The position numbers and the translations under genes were made by a program. Shown piece after piece: positions 47,509 to 56,602 of a stretch of 64,000 nucleotides of DNA. Each line of letters begins with the position of its first letter. Positions within the stretch are counted from its first letter, which is position 1. Below the pieces are notes generated by a model. It saw only the letters and a program-made list of their open reading frames with translations, searched no databases and was not told the origin of the DNA. This DNA comes from Candidatus Berkelbacteria bacterium. GTDB taxonomy: Bacteria; Patescibacteriota; UBA1384; XYA2-FULL-43-10; CAINNR01. The stretch lies in the NCBI GenBank assembly GCA_037142675.1, contig JBAXAF010000001.1:28543-92542 (forward strand). Direction: 5' to 3'.

Positions 47509-47547
47509 CTCTCGCCTCACTACGTGTGATTTTCAGCGTATGTATAA

Positions 47548-47576
47548 ACTATAGCACATTATCATAAAAAAGTCAA
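47548..47576 (-). promoter_or_regulatory. Promoter of U5
   Basis: TTGACT-17 nt-TATAGT with extended TG; abuts terminator of 47623 gene. Confidence 0.75.
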
Positions 47577-47622
47577 CTAAAAAATGCCTTCGATACTTTA
47601 TCTCAGGCATTTTTCGATCAAT

Positions 47623-47838
47623 TTAGAACTTGTCTATGTATGGATTTGGGGCATCTTCTTTACCAGTGAGCTTTTTCATTGCCTTGGCGACCCTGGCCTC
47701 TTCTGGAGTCCGATAAGTTACAGGCTCAGACGGCAATAATTCTCTCTTTAGTGGTTCAGCTTTTGACATTGATGGTGGTAGTGGAGCTGGATCATTGTAC
47801 TCAAACCCTATTTGTCCTCCGGCTTCAGGATTTCCCAT
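47623..47838 (-). CDS. Small hypothetical protein
   Basis: 71 aa, GAGGAGG SD, TATAAT upstream, terminator 47579-47613. Confidence 0.65.
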   Translation of the reverse strand: MGNPEAGGQIGFEYNDPAPLPPSMSKAEPLKRELLPSEPVTYRTPEEARVAKAMKKLTGKEDAPNPYIDKF

Positions 47839-47893
47839 AGTGCCTCCTCAAAAATATATATTTAAGTTACTATTATAGTATAGCAAAAAAATT

Positions 47894-47964
47894 TGTCATC
47901 CTCGGACGGCGTAGCCAGATCCGGGGATCCACTAATAGTAGATTCCCGCCTTTGCGGGAATGAC
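47894..47964. repeat. Family A double hairpin
   Basis: TGTCATCCTCGGA...TCCGGGGATCC...GTAGATTCCCGCCTTTGCGGGAATGAC. Confidence 0.8.
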
Positions 47965-47974
47965 GGGGGAAAGT

Positions 47975-49084
47975 ATGACCAGAGTTCTATCGGAAACTGA
48001 AAAAGAAGCCTTGTTGATTTTGGATCAAAGCCCAAAAGTTGGGGCGAAAACTTTAAAAAAGGTAATCCATCATTATAAAAATGACTTGACAAAAGTTTTA
48101 GTGGATTCGAAGGAAAACTTGTCTAATTTTTTTCTCGGCGCACCGCTTGAAGGGATTATTGAAGCGAGAAAATTGAAACTGGATAAAAGGGTTTATGAAA
48201 AGCTCAATATTGCCCCGGTGTTTTTTGGCGAAAAGGCATATTCTAAACTTTTATCTGAAATATTTGATCCGCCGATAATTTTGTATTGTCGCGGTAATAT
48301 TGAACTTCTGAACACAATTTCTATCGCCGTTGTTGGTAGCAGAAAATATACCAGTTACTCGAAATCAGTGTTGGATAAAATTATTCCCTCATTAGTATCT
48401 GCCGATGTTACAATAATTTCCGGTTTGGCACTTGGCGTTGACGGTATGGCCCACTATTTAACTTTAGAAAATAGTGGCAAGACAATTGGAGTTTTAGGTT
48501 GCGGCGTCGATGAAATATACCCAACATCAAATCGTCAGTTGGGCGAGCGAATGCTGAATAGCGGCGGACTCATAATTTCTGAATTTCCGCCGGGTACGCC
48601 GCCATTGAAACAAAATTTTCCGCTGCGTAACCGAATCATCGCTGGGATGTCTTCAGGAACATTTGTCGTTGAAGCCAGACATGATTCCGGATCACTAATC
48701 ACCGCCGGTTTGGCCAATGAATATGGCAGGGAAGTTTTTGCCGTGCCGGGGAACATTGACAGTTTTGCTTCCGAAGGAACAAACGAATTAATTAAACAAG
48801 GCGCAAAAATGGTAACTGGCGCCGCTGACATTTTATCCGAACTCGATATTGCATTTTCTGTCGGCAAAAGCTCGATTATCATGCCGGAAAATATTGAGGA
48901 AGAAAAAATCTTTAAAGCCATTGAACTTGAGGCACTTGAAGTTGACAAAATCTCGAAATTAACTAAGCTGGATATTGTGACAGTAAATTCGCTAATGTCA
49001 GTTTTCGAGATTTCTGGTAAAGTAGAAAAAGTCGGAGGCGGATTTCGTTTGAGGGGAAAATTAAAAACAAAAGGAGCTGAATGA
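47975..49084 (+). CDS. dprA: DNA-processing protein DprA
   Basis: DPPIILYCRG, AVVGSRK, SGLALGVD, FPLRNRIIAG, SGSLITA, REVFAVPG. Confidence 0.95.
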   Translation: MTRVLSETEKEALLILDQSPKVGAKTLKKVIHHYKNDLTKVLVDSKENLSNFFLGAPLEGIIEARKLKLDKRVYEKLNIAPVFFGEKAYSKLLSEIFDPPIILYCRGNIELLNTISIAVVGSRKYTSYSKSVLDKIIPSLVSADVTIISGLALGVDGMAHYLTLENSGKTIGVLGCGVDEIYPTSNRQLGERMLNSGGLIISEFPPGTPPLKQNFPLRNRIIAGMSSGTFVVEARHDSGSLITAGLANEYGREVFAVPGNIDSFASEGTNELIKQGAKMVTGAADILSELDIAFSVGKSSIIMPENIEEEKIFKAIELEALEVDKISKLTKLDIVTVNSLMSVFEISGKVEKVGGGFRLRGKLKTKGAE

Positions 49085-51312
49085 ATTTGGTTATTGTTGA
49101 ATCGCCAGCAAAGGCAAAAACGATTGAGAAATATTTGGGCAAGGATTTTAAGGTCCTGGCCTCTTTTGGTCATGTTCGTGATTTGCCAAAAAAAGTTCTT
49201 GGCGTTGACGTTGCCAATAATTACGAACCAACCTACGAAATCCCAACTGATTCGAAAAAAACAATTGCCGCACTGAAAAAAGAGCAAGCAAAAGCAAAAA
49301 TTATTTACCTTGCAACTGACTTGGACCGTGAAGGAGAAGCAATTTCTTGGCATGTGGCCAAGGCGCTTAAATTGCGCGAAGATGATGAAAATGTAAAGCG
49401 AATTACTTTTTCCGAGATTACCGGCACGGCGCTAAAACACGCTGTTGCCCATCCGCGAAAAATTGATATGAATTTAGTAGATGCTCAGCAGGCCCGCCGA
49501 GTACTCGACCGCTTAGTCGGCTACAAACTCTCACCATTGTTGTGGAAAAAAGTTAAATCCGGTTTGTCTGCTGGCCGCGTTCAATCAGTCGCTGTCCGCT
49601 TAGTTGTTGAGCGCGAGAGAGAAATCAAAGCTTTTAACCCAGAAGAGTTTTGGATATTGGCTGTTGTTTTGTCGCAGAAAGGCGATGAACTAAAATTCAA
49701 AGCTTTTTTGGTTGAAGAGAACGGCAAGCCTATTAAAAAGCTTGATATCAAGAATGAAAAAGATGCAAAAAGGTTGGAGAAGACTTTGTCTGGTGCTAAA
49801 TATAAAGTGTTATCATTGGACAAAAATGATTCGGTTAGAAACCCTTCGGCGCCGTTTACTACTTCAACTTTGCAGATGGAATCCTCGCGCAAGCTTGGCG
49901 TTTCGGTTAAGCAAACTATGATGTTGGCACAACGTCTGTATGAGGCTGGAAAAATTACTTATATGAGAACTGATTCGATTAATTTATCCACTGCTGCTGT
50001 TGCTGAAATTCGCAAGGTGGTGGAAAAAGATTACGGCAAAAAATATTTGCCAGAAACTGCTCAAAAATATACAACAAAAACCAAACATGCACAGGAAGCT
50101 CATGAAGCAATCCGTCCAACTCATTTTAATGAGAGAATTGCATCTGAGGATCCACGCGAACAAAGATTATACGATTTAATTTGGAAACGCACAGTTGCTT
50201 CGCAAATGTCTTCAGCGATTTTTCAAGTTATTGAGGCTAGGGTTTTGGCCGAAGTTAAAGAGAAATTAGTTTTTCTTGCTCGTGGTGAGTCAATTAAGTT
50301 TGACGGTTTCATTAAAGTCTATACCGAAGGTAAAGATGACGAAGCCGAGGAGGAAAAAGTTACAATTCCAGAATTGACTAAGGATGAGATTTTAGATTTT
50401 CATCAATTCGAAAAATTACAAAAGTTCACTGAGCCGCCAAAGCGCTACACCGAGGCCACGCTGGTTAAAAAATTGGAAAGCCTGGGAATTGGCAGACCGT
50501 CAACTTACGCGCCAACGATGTCAACAATTCAGGACAGAGGTTATGTTCGCCTTGAGGAAAAAAGATTTTATCCTGAAGAAATTTCAGAAATAGTTAATGA
50601 CCTTTTGGTCGAGCATTTTCCTAAAGTCGTAGATTTTCAGTTCACAGCAAAAATGGAAGATGAATTCGACGAAATTGCTGAAGGAAAATTAAAGTGGCAA
50701 GATGTGATTGGTGAATTTTATGTTCCATTTGCAGCCACATTGAAAGAAAAGAATAAAGAATTAGATAAAAAAGATATTATGCCAATTGTTGAGATTGGCG
50801 AAAAATGCCCAGAGTGTAAGAAGCCATTGATTGAACGTTTTGGCCGCTTTGGAAAGTTCATAGCTTGCTCCGATTATCCGACTTGTAAATATTCCCGTCC
50901 TCTGGAAAACAAGAAAGAAATGAAAAATGCGGTTGTCGCCGATGAAGACGGCGGCACCACTAAGGTTTCCGAAGCTGAGGGTGAGAAATGTGAGAAATGC
51001 GGTGGGAAAATGGTGTTGAAAGAGGGGAGATTTGGCAAATTCCTGGCCTGTGAAAATTATCCAAAGTGCAAAAATACCAAAACCATTATTACCGATACAA
51101 AAGTAAAATGCCCAGAGTGCGAAAAGGGGACATTGGTTGAGCGCCGAACAAAACGCGGCCGCACTTTCTGGGGCTGCTCGGCTTATCCAAGCTGTAAATA
51201 CGCCAGTTGGGAAGACCCGAATAAGAAAGCGGAAGAAGTCGGAACTGACGGTGCTGTAGATAATTTAGAAACAAAAAGTCCGCAGGAAATCGACGAAAAA
51301 CCAGAGGAATAA
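49081..51312 (+). CDS. topA: DNA topoisomerase I
   Basis: LVIVESPAKAKTI, ATDLDREGEAI, SAGRVQS, ITYMRTDS, GIGRPSTY, three C4 zinc ribbons. Confidence 0.97.
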   Translation: MNLVIVESPAKAKTIEKYLGKDFKVLASFGHVRDLPKKVLGVDVANNYEPTYEIPTDSKKTIAALKKEQAKAKIIYLATDLDREGEAISWHVAKALKLREDDENVKRITFSEITGTALKHAVAHPRKIDMNLVDAQQARRVLDRLVGYKLSPLLWKKVKSGLSAGRVQSVAVRLVVEREREIKAFNPEEFWILAVVLSQKGDELKFKAFLVEENGKPIKKLDIKNEKDAKRLEKTLSGAKYKVLSLDKNDSVRNPSAPFTTSTLQMESSRKLGVSVKQTMMLAQRLYEAGKITYMRTDSINLSTAAVAEIRKVVEKDYGKKYLPETAQKYTTKTKHAQEAHEAIRPTHFNERIASEDPREQRLYDLIWKRTVASQMSSAIFQVIEARVLAEVKEKLVFLARGESIKFDGFIKVYTEGKDDEAEEEKVTIPELTKDEILDFHQFEKLQKFTEPPKRYTEATLVKKLESLGIGRPSTYAPTMSTIQDRGYVRLEEKRFYPEEISEIVNDLLVEHFPKVVDFQFTAKMEDEFDEIAEGKLKWQDVIGEFYVPFAATLKEKNKELDKKDIMPIVEIGEKCPECKKPLIERFGRFGKFIACSDYPTCKYSRPLENKKEMKNAVVADEDGGTTKVSEAEGEKCEKCGGKMVLKEGRFGKFLACENYPKCKNTKTIITDTKVKCPECEKGTLVERRTKRGRTFWGCSAYPSCKYASWEDPNKKAEEVGTDGAVDNLETKSPQEIDEKPEE

Positions 51313-51346
51313 AAAAGCACCATTGGGAATAAATTCCCGCAGGTGC
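51309..51346 (-). terminator. Intrinsic terminator of U6, overlapping the topA stop codon
   Basis: GCACC..GGGAAT/ATTCCC..GGTGC; minus-strand tail TTTTTTAT. Confidence 0.7.
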
Positions 51347-51368
51347 CTGGTTCTCTGTCAGCCCTTGA

Positions 51369-51566
51369 TTACTTCTTGGCGGTTGGCGTTGGGAAGCTAA
51401 TACCAACTGCGGCAACAGCCAGCCCGAGCAACATGCAGATAAGACTCATCGCATATTGAGCGATGACATGTGCAGGCGATGTCCCAGCGCACGTGTAGAC
51501 GTTGGGGTAAATCGCCATGGACAGCGCTATGAGCACTATCATGTAAATCAGCCTAACCGGAATCAT
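51369..51566 (-). CDS. Small two-TM protein, orphan unit U6
   Basis: 65 aa, GGGAG SD, higher GC than flanks. Confidence 0.65.
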   Translation of the reverse strand: MIPVRLIYMIVLIALSMAIYPNVYTCAGTSPAHVIAQYAMSLICMLLGLAVAAVGISFPTPTAKK

Positions 51567-51606
51567 TTGGTTTCATCTCCCTGACCAGTTGTTCGAAATC
51601 GTATCT

Positions 51607-51635
51607 ATTGCATCATAAATAAACTTATTTGTCAA
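51607..51635 (-). promoter_or_regulatory. Promoter of U6
   Basis: TTGACA-17 nt-TGCAAT with extended TG; -35 overlaps recR ATG by 1 nt. Confidence 0.55.
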
Positions 51636-52240
51636 TGCTTCCAAAACCAGTACAGAATTTAATCGATGAGTTTTCCAAACTTCCAGGTGTGGGCCCCAAA
51701 ACCGCAGCCAGGCTGGTTTTCTTTTTGCTAAAAAAACCAAAAATCGATGTTCTAGCTTTTGGAAATGCTGTAACTGAGCTCATGGAAAATATTATGTATT
51801 GCAAGGAGTGTTTTTCCATTACAGATGTGGATATTTGCGAAATTTGTTCCAGCGATAGCCGAGACGAGTCAATTTTGGCTGTTGTTGAAGAGCCACTAGA
51901 TATTGTGGCCCTAGAAAGAACCCGCGCAATAAACGGTCTATATCATGTGCTTGGCGGAGCAATTTCTCCAATTGATGGAATTGGCCCAGAAAATTTAAGA
52001 ATCATTGAGCTACTTGACAAAGTGGCGAATAATCCTAAAATAAGAGAAGTAATTCTCGCCACGAATCCATCGCTCGAAGGAGAGGCCACTGCGACCTACA
52101 TTAAAACTCAAATAGAGAAAAATGGACGCGAAGTAGAAATTACACGGATTGCCAGAGGTTTGCCGGTTGGCGGAGACCTTGAGTATGCGGACGAGGTTAC
52201 ATTGTCGAGATCCTTGGAGGGAAGAAAAAAATACAAATAA
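51635..52240 (+). CDS. recR: Recombination mediator RecR
   Basis: LPGVGPKTAARL, C4 zinc finger, YHVLGGAISP, LATNPSLEGEATA, RIARGLPVGGDLEYAD. Confidence 0.96.
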   Translation: MLPKPVQNLIDEFSKLPGVGPKTAARLVFFLLKKPKIDVLAFGNAVTELMENIMYCKECFSITDVDICEICSSDSRDESILAVVEEPLDIVALERTRAINGLYHVLGGAISPIDGIGPENLRIIELLDKVANNPKIREVILATNPSLEGEATATYIKTQIEKNGREVEITRIARGLPVGGDLEYADEVTLSRSLEGRKKYK

Positions 52241-52251
52241 TGACCCTCGGT

Positions 52252-52302
52252 CATTTTAATGCCTTGCGATGCCTTTAGTCAGATTAATATATCTTGTTAT
52301 AA
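52252..52302 (-). repeat. Degenerate family C copy
   Basis: 51 nt, aligns ungapped with the 62477 copy; its TGTTATAAT doubles as an extended -10 for the 52317 gene. Confidence 0.5.
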
Positions 52303-52316
52303 TTAGGAGGAGGAGA

Positions 52317-52508
52317 ATGCCTGACAGATTTATTTGCGACTGCGGATATAGCAGTGAAGCGTTTGCTGAAAGTTGCCCAATGTGTGGGGCAATGATGATG
52401 ACTATCGACGGTGACGATGATGTTGATGACCCGAAACTAGCCGAGAAGTACGATGACAGCAATGATGACGACGCCGAAATGGAAATGTCGGCGGCAAAAG
52501 CCGCTTAA
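52317..52508 (+). CDS. Small zinc-ribbon protein with acidic tail
   Basis: FICDCGY...CPMCG; AGGAGGAGG SD; terminator 52518-52551. Confidence 0.75.
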   Translation: MPDRFICDCGYSSEAFAESCPMCGAMMMTIDGDDDVDDPKLAEKYDDSNDDDAEMEMSAAKAA

Positions 52509-52580
52509 CTAAAATTTAAAAAAAGCCCCGAGGTTCTAGCGGGGCTTTTTTAATTAGCGTTGATCTGATACTATTTAGCT

Positions 52581-53921
52581 ATGAAATTGTATAACACTTT
52601 GTCAAAATCTGTTGAGGAATTTAAGCCGCAGGACGAAAAAAACGTTAAGCTCTACACTTGCGGCCCAACAGTTTATAACTATGCTCACATTGGTAATTTG
52701 CGGACGTATATTTTTGAAGACGTTTTGCGTCGATCGCTGGAATTCTTAGGATATGCCGTTGATCACGTAATGAACATGACTGATGTTGACGATAAAACCA
52801 TTAAAGCTTCTGGTGGCAAGCAGGTAGAATTTAAGGAACTAACGCAAAAGTTTGAAGAAGCATTCTTGTCGGATCTGAAAAAATTAAACATTGAAAAGCC
52901 GACGGAAATTACCAGGGCAACGGAATATATTGAGCAAATTGTTGATTTCGTTTCTGATCTAATAGATCGGGGTTTTGCATACAAGGGTGAAGATGGCTCA
53001 ATTTATTTTTCAATCGAAAAATTTGCTGGCTACGGAAAATTATCTGGTCTGGACAAGGATGGAATAAAATCCGGCGCCAGAGTTTCTCAGGACGAATATA
53101 CTAAAGAGAATCCTGCAGATTTTGCACTTTGGAAGGCTTGGGACGAAGTTGATGGCGAGATCTTTTGGGATACTAAGCTGGGCAAGGGCCGACCTGGTTG
53201 GCATATTGAGTGTTCGGCTATGAGTCAGGACAAATTGGGTAACACGCTAGATATTCATGCCGGCGCAGTTGACCTAATTTTTCCTCATCATGAGAATGAA
53301 ATTGCTCAGTCCGAAGCCCGAACCGGCAAAAAATTTGTAAATTATTGGGTTCATGCGGAACATCTTTTGGTTGATGGCAAAAAAATGTCCAAGAGTTTAG
53401 ATAATTTTTACAAGCTTTCCGGCATTGAGGCCAAAGGTTTTTCACCGCTGGATTTTCGCTATATGTGTTTGTCGGCCAGTTATCGCGATAAACTCAACTT
53501 CACTTGGGAATCGCTGGAAGCCGCAGCCAATGCGTTAAAACGAGCAAGAAAAATTATAACTAGCATCGATGATGGCAGAAAAGTTAACGAAGAATACATG
53601 TCAAAATTCAAATCAGCGGTTGAAAATGATCTGAATACTCCGGAGGCGCTGGCAGTTTTTTGGAACCTTTTGCGTGATGAGAAAGTGTCAGCAGGTGATA
53701 AAAAAGCTACCGCGTTGGAAATGGATAAAATTTTCTCTTTGGATCTAAATAAAATTTCCAATGATGAAATTCCTGCCAATGTTTTGAAATTAGTTAATGA
53801 AAGGATTGCAGCTCGCAAAGAGAAAGATTTTGAGTTATCTGATAAAATTCGTGGTCAAATTGAAGAACTCGGGTTTTCGGTCGAAGACGCTGGTGACCAG
53901 TCAAAAGTTGTGAAGAAGTAG
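52581..53921 (+). CDS. cysS: Cysteine--tRNA ligase
   Basis: CGPTVYNYAHIGN, DFALWK, GRPGWHIECSAM, FPHHENE, KMSKS. Confidence 0.97.
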   Translation: MKLYNTLSKSVEEFKPQDEKNVKLYTCGPTVYNYAHIGNLRTYIFEDVLRRSLEFLGYAVDHVMNMTDVDDKTIKASGGKQVEFKELTQKFEEAFLSDLKKLNIEKPTEITRATEYIEQIVDFVSDLIDRGFAYKGEDGSIYFSIEKFAGYGKLSGLDKDGIKSGARVSQDEYTKENPADFALWKAWDEVDGEIFWDTKLGKGRPGWHIECSAMSQDKLGNTLDIHAGAVDLIFPHHENEIAQSEARTGKKFVNYWVHAEHLLVDGKKMSKSLDNFYKLSGIEAKGFSPLDFRYMCLSASYRDKLNFTWESLEAAANALKRARKIITSIDDGRKVNEEYMSKFKSAVENDLNTPEALAVFWNLLRDEKVSAGDKKATALEMDKIFSLDLNKISNDEIPANVLKLVNERIAARKEKDFELSDKIRGQIEELGFSVEDAGDQSKVVKK

Positions 53922-53925
53922 CACT

Positions 53926-54478
53926 ATAAAAAGAAAAGCGCCACAGTGGCGCATGCCATGTGGCGGGAAGTGTGTAAGGCCCAGTGGGCCTTTTTTGATT
54001 GTGGGGCTGCCCAGTTTGTCGCCGGTTTAGCTGGTGACAACTCTGATCCGAAGATCACAGTACTGGGTTTTGCTGGTTTGGAACCAGCTGGTTTCGGATC
54101 CTTCCGATGCTTGTTGCCAGCATTTCTGCCGGCAAATCGGGAAGAGGAATTTCCCATAGTAACTGTCCCAAGCGTCCGAGCCAACCGATCACCGAAGTGA
54201 TCAAGAATACTTCTGCGGCTTTTATGAACGAGTACAAAGACCGTCCAAGCGCGCATCGGAAATGTCCGATTGAAGCATCTTTTGGTGGCCCAGGCGTCAG
54301 GGACAGACTTGTAATAAGTGTCCCGACGGGGCCACCAGGTGAACTTTGAACGGGGACTTGTTCGCAGTTCATTTGGGGCTCAGCATGGTCAGTGCTAATG
54401 TCCTTTTATTGGCGACAATCGCCAGACCATGGCCATTAAAGTCGGCGCTAGCTGGGATTTAAGCGCTTTCCTTTTGAC
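53926..54478 (-). ncRNA. Candidate ~550-nt structured RNA, GC-rich unit U7
   Basis: Own promoter and terminator; about ten hairpins including two cUUCGg loops on minus strand; ORFs unconvincing. Confidence 0.55.
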
Positions 54479-54484
54479 AGCTGC

Positions 54485-54514
54485 ACTTTAGCATATACTA
54501 TATAGATCTGTCAA
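54485..54514 (-). promoter_or_regulatory. Promoter of U7
   Basis: TTGACA-18 nt-TAAAGT with extended TG. Confidence 0.65.
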
Positions 54515-54527
54515 TAGGCACGGTGAA

Positions 54528-54570
54528 ATAAAAAAGCACCCGAGGGAACGTTGAGTTGTCCCAAGGGTGC
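54528..54570 (-). terminator. Intrinsic terminator of U8
   Basis: GCACCC..GGGA..TCCC..GGGTGC-TTTTTTAT on minus strand. Confidence 0.75.
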
Positions 54571-54781
54571 CGCTGGTCTGCGACTTGGCGTGCCTAGGCT
54601 ACGCCAACCGCGTTCTGCGCTCGGTTCCCCGAGTGCGGAATCGGTACTTCATGAAGTGAAATTCCTCCACCCCGTATTGGGGTCCATGGAATGATTCGGC
54701 TGCTTGTTGCTGGCCGGATTATCAGCATCTAATCGCGTTGATTGATGCCAATATTTCCGGCCGGGCCGGGCCCGCGCTGGT

Positions 54782-54931
54782 CTAGCTGCCGCCGGTGCTG
54801 ATCGCCGCCGCGCCCACGTCGTCCTGGACGAGCTGGGGAATCATACCGATGCTGGTGGCCTTGTTCTCGCCGCTGCTGCAGTTATTCACTATCGGAGTCA
54901 TGCCCAAACATAACCTGCGTCTGTGCCTCAT
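54782..54931 (-). CDS. Possible 49-aa peptide in GC-rich unit U8
   Basis: AAGGTGAG before ATG; G/C-ending codons (AAC TGC AGC AGC GGC GAG AAC AAG GCC ACC). Confidence 0.45.
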   Translation of the reverse strand: MRHRRRLCLGMTPIVNNCSSGENKATSIGMIPQLVQDDVGAAAISTGGS

Positions 54932-55108
54932 GGCACTCACCTTGTCCACTCCCATTGCCGGGAGGTAATGAAGCTCCGCTGCTTTCCGCGCTGTCAACTT
55001 CCCAGTCTTGCCCACGGATTGCAACTTTGCTTTTGCTATGTTGGCGGAGCCCACCAATTTTTGTGGGTCACTGTGTGTCTACCCTCGATCCTCCACCAAA
55101 CTGAAAAC

Positions 55109-55137
55109 ATATTATCATATACTAAAAGTTTTGTCAA
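55109..55137 (-). promoter_or_regulatory. Promoter of U8
   Basis: TTGACA-17 nt-TAATAT with extended TG. Confidence 0.75.
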
Positions 55138-55142
55138 TAGTT

Positions 55143-55184
55143 TTTCTAAAAAACTAATAGCTGTCAGCTGCTAGCTTTTAGAAA
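55143..55184. repeat. AGCT-heptamer palindromic repeat (family D), intergenic copy
   Basis: AAACTAATAGCTGTCAGCTGCTAGCTTT; related copies inside dus at 55366 and 55822. Confidence 0.65.
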
Positions 55185-55206
55185 GAAAATCAGTTATAAT
55201 TCTGGC

Positions 55207-56199
55207 ATGAAAAATTGTTGGCAGAAATTAAAAAGACCAATTCTAATGTTGTCGCCGATGGCGGGGTACACCGACTCGGCTTTTCGGATTGTTTGCAAAA
55301 ACCAAGGTGCGAATTTGTTGATGACCGAATTAATTTCTGCCGACGCTATTGCTCATTGGGCGAAGAAAGCTAATGGCTATCAGCTGTCAGCTAGCAGCTT
55401 TTCGAAAAGCCCGACATACAAGCTAATGGAATTTCAAAAAGCCGAAATGCCAATTATTGTTCAGCTATTTGGCAAGCACCCGGAGAAGTTCGCTATTGCC
55501 GCTAAGTGGATTGAAGAAAATTTGAAACCGGCGGGAATTGACATTAATATGGGATGTCCGGCAAAAAAAGTTGTAAAATCCGATCACGGAGCTACGCTAC
55601 TGCGCGACCAAGAACGAGGTGTTGCGGTTGTCGAAGCGGTGCGAGCAGCAACAAAATTGCCGCTGTCAGTCAAAACTAGGCTGGGCTGGGAGAGCGATAA
55701 TGAAATTCTAGAATTTGCCCCAAAACTAATTGCGGCTGGAGTTGACGCATTAATTATCCATGGCAGAACATATAAAGATGGGTTCGCTGGAGATGCGCGA
55801 TGGGAAAATATATATAAGGTAAAAGCTAATAGTTGTCAGCTGTCAGCTGTTAAGGTAATTGGCAATGGAGACATTCGAAATCAAACGAATATAAAAGAAA
55901 GGTTAGGGAATTTAGACGGTGTGGCGATTGGTCGCGGCGCGGTTGGTAATCCTTTTATATTTAACAGTGACTTTGCCAAACTGTCCGAAAGCCAAGTGCT
56001 GGAACTAAAAAAGAAAACAATTTTAGAGCATGCAAAGTTAGCTTTTGAAATTAAAGGCGAGAAGGGGATTGTTGAACTAAGGAAACATTTGCTGGCCTAT
56101 TTCAAAGGACACCCAAGGGCAAAAGAACTACGAAAATCGTTTGTAACAGTTAAAAATGTTTCAGAAATTAAAATTGCGCTAACTGCTATTGACAAATAG
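55207..56199 (+). CDS. tRNA-dihydrouridine synthase
   Basis: LSPMAGYTDSAFR, IDINMGCP, SVKTRLG, IHGRT, IGNGDI, IGRGAVGNPFIF. Confidence 0.95.
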   Translation: MKNCWQKLKRPILMLSPMAGYTDSAFRIVCKNQGANLLMTELISADAIAHWAKKANGYQLSASSFSKSPTYKLMEFQKAEMPIIVQLFGKHPEKFAIAAKWIEENLKPAGIDINMGCPAKKVVKSDHGATLLRDQERGVAVVEAVRAATKLPLSVKTRLGWESDNEILEFAPKLIAAGVDALIIHGRTYKDGFAGDARWENIYKVKANSCQLSAVKVIGNGDIRNQTNIKERLGNLDGVAIGRGAVGNPFIFNSDFAKLSESQVLELKKKTILEHAKLAFEIKGEKGIVELRKHLLAYFKGHPRAKELRKSFVTVKNVSEIKIALTAIDK

Positions 56200-56217
56200 C
56201 TAACAAAGTGCTAGACT
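56189..56217 (+). promoter_or_regulatory. Promoter overlapping the dus 3' end (candidate for U9)
   Basis: TTGACA-17 nt-TAGACT with extended TG; a terminator-like hairpin follows at 56241-56271. Confidence 0.55.
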
Positions 56218-56378
56218 TGATTTGTTCAAGGAAAGGGGATTAAAAAAGAGGAGCGGGAACCTCCTTTTTTGTATCACTGGAGCGTTTAATTCGAGAAGTA
56301 GAAGTTTGATTCGAAAAATGTTCAAAACATTTTTCTGGGGAGAATTATCAAATTTCACTACTCGATATACTGACTTGT

Positions 56379-56527
56379 AGGCAGAAGTATAGCTGGGATT
56401 TAGGGACCTATGGGCAGAAGGATTTTTAAACTAGCGGCATTTCGACCCCATAAACTATGTGGGTCAGCCGCGAAGTTGCCTTCTGCTTCTCTCCTTTTTC
56501 CTGGCTAGACTTCTGCCTTCTTTTTTT
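56379..56527 (+). ncRNA. Long rod-like hairpin followed by T-run (leader or small RNA)
   Basis: Nested stems AGGCAGAAGT/ACTTCTGCCT, TAGCTGGGA/TCCTGGCTA, GCAGAAGG/CCTTCTGC, GCGGC/GCCGC, GACCC/GGGTC. Confidence 0.45.
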
Positions 56528-56602
56528 CCGGCTTGCCGGTTCAAGATAGAGGAACAGACCTGCGCCGCAACGCGGGCAGGACCACATTGGAGGTGACGCA
56601 TC

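Noticed and set aside
47623-47838. 71-aa gene as a member of the GC-rich unit family
   Set aside because: GC only moderate, -35 comes from a repeat end, terminator tail is not T-run-AT
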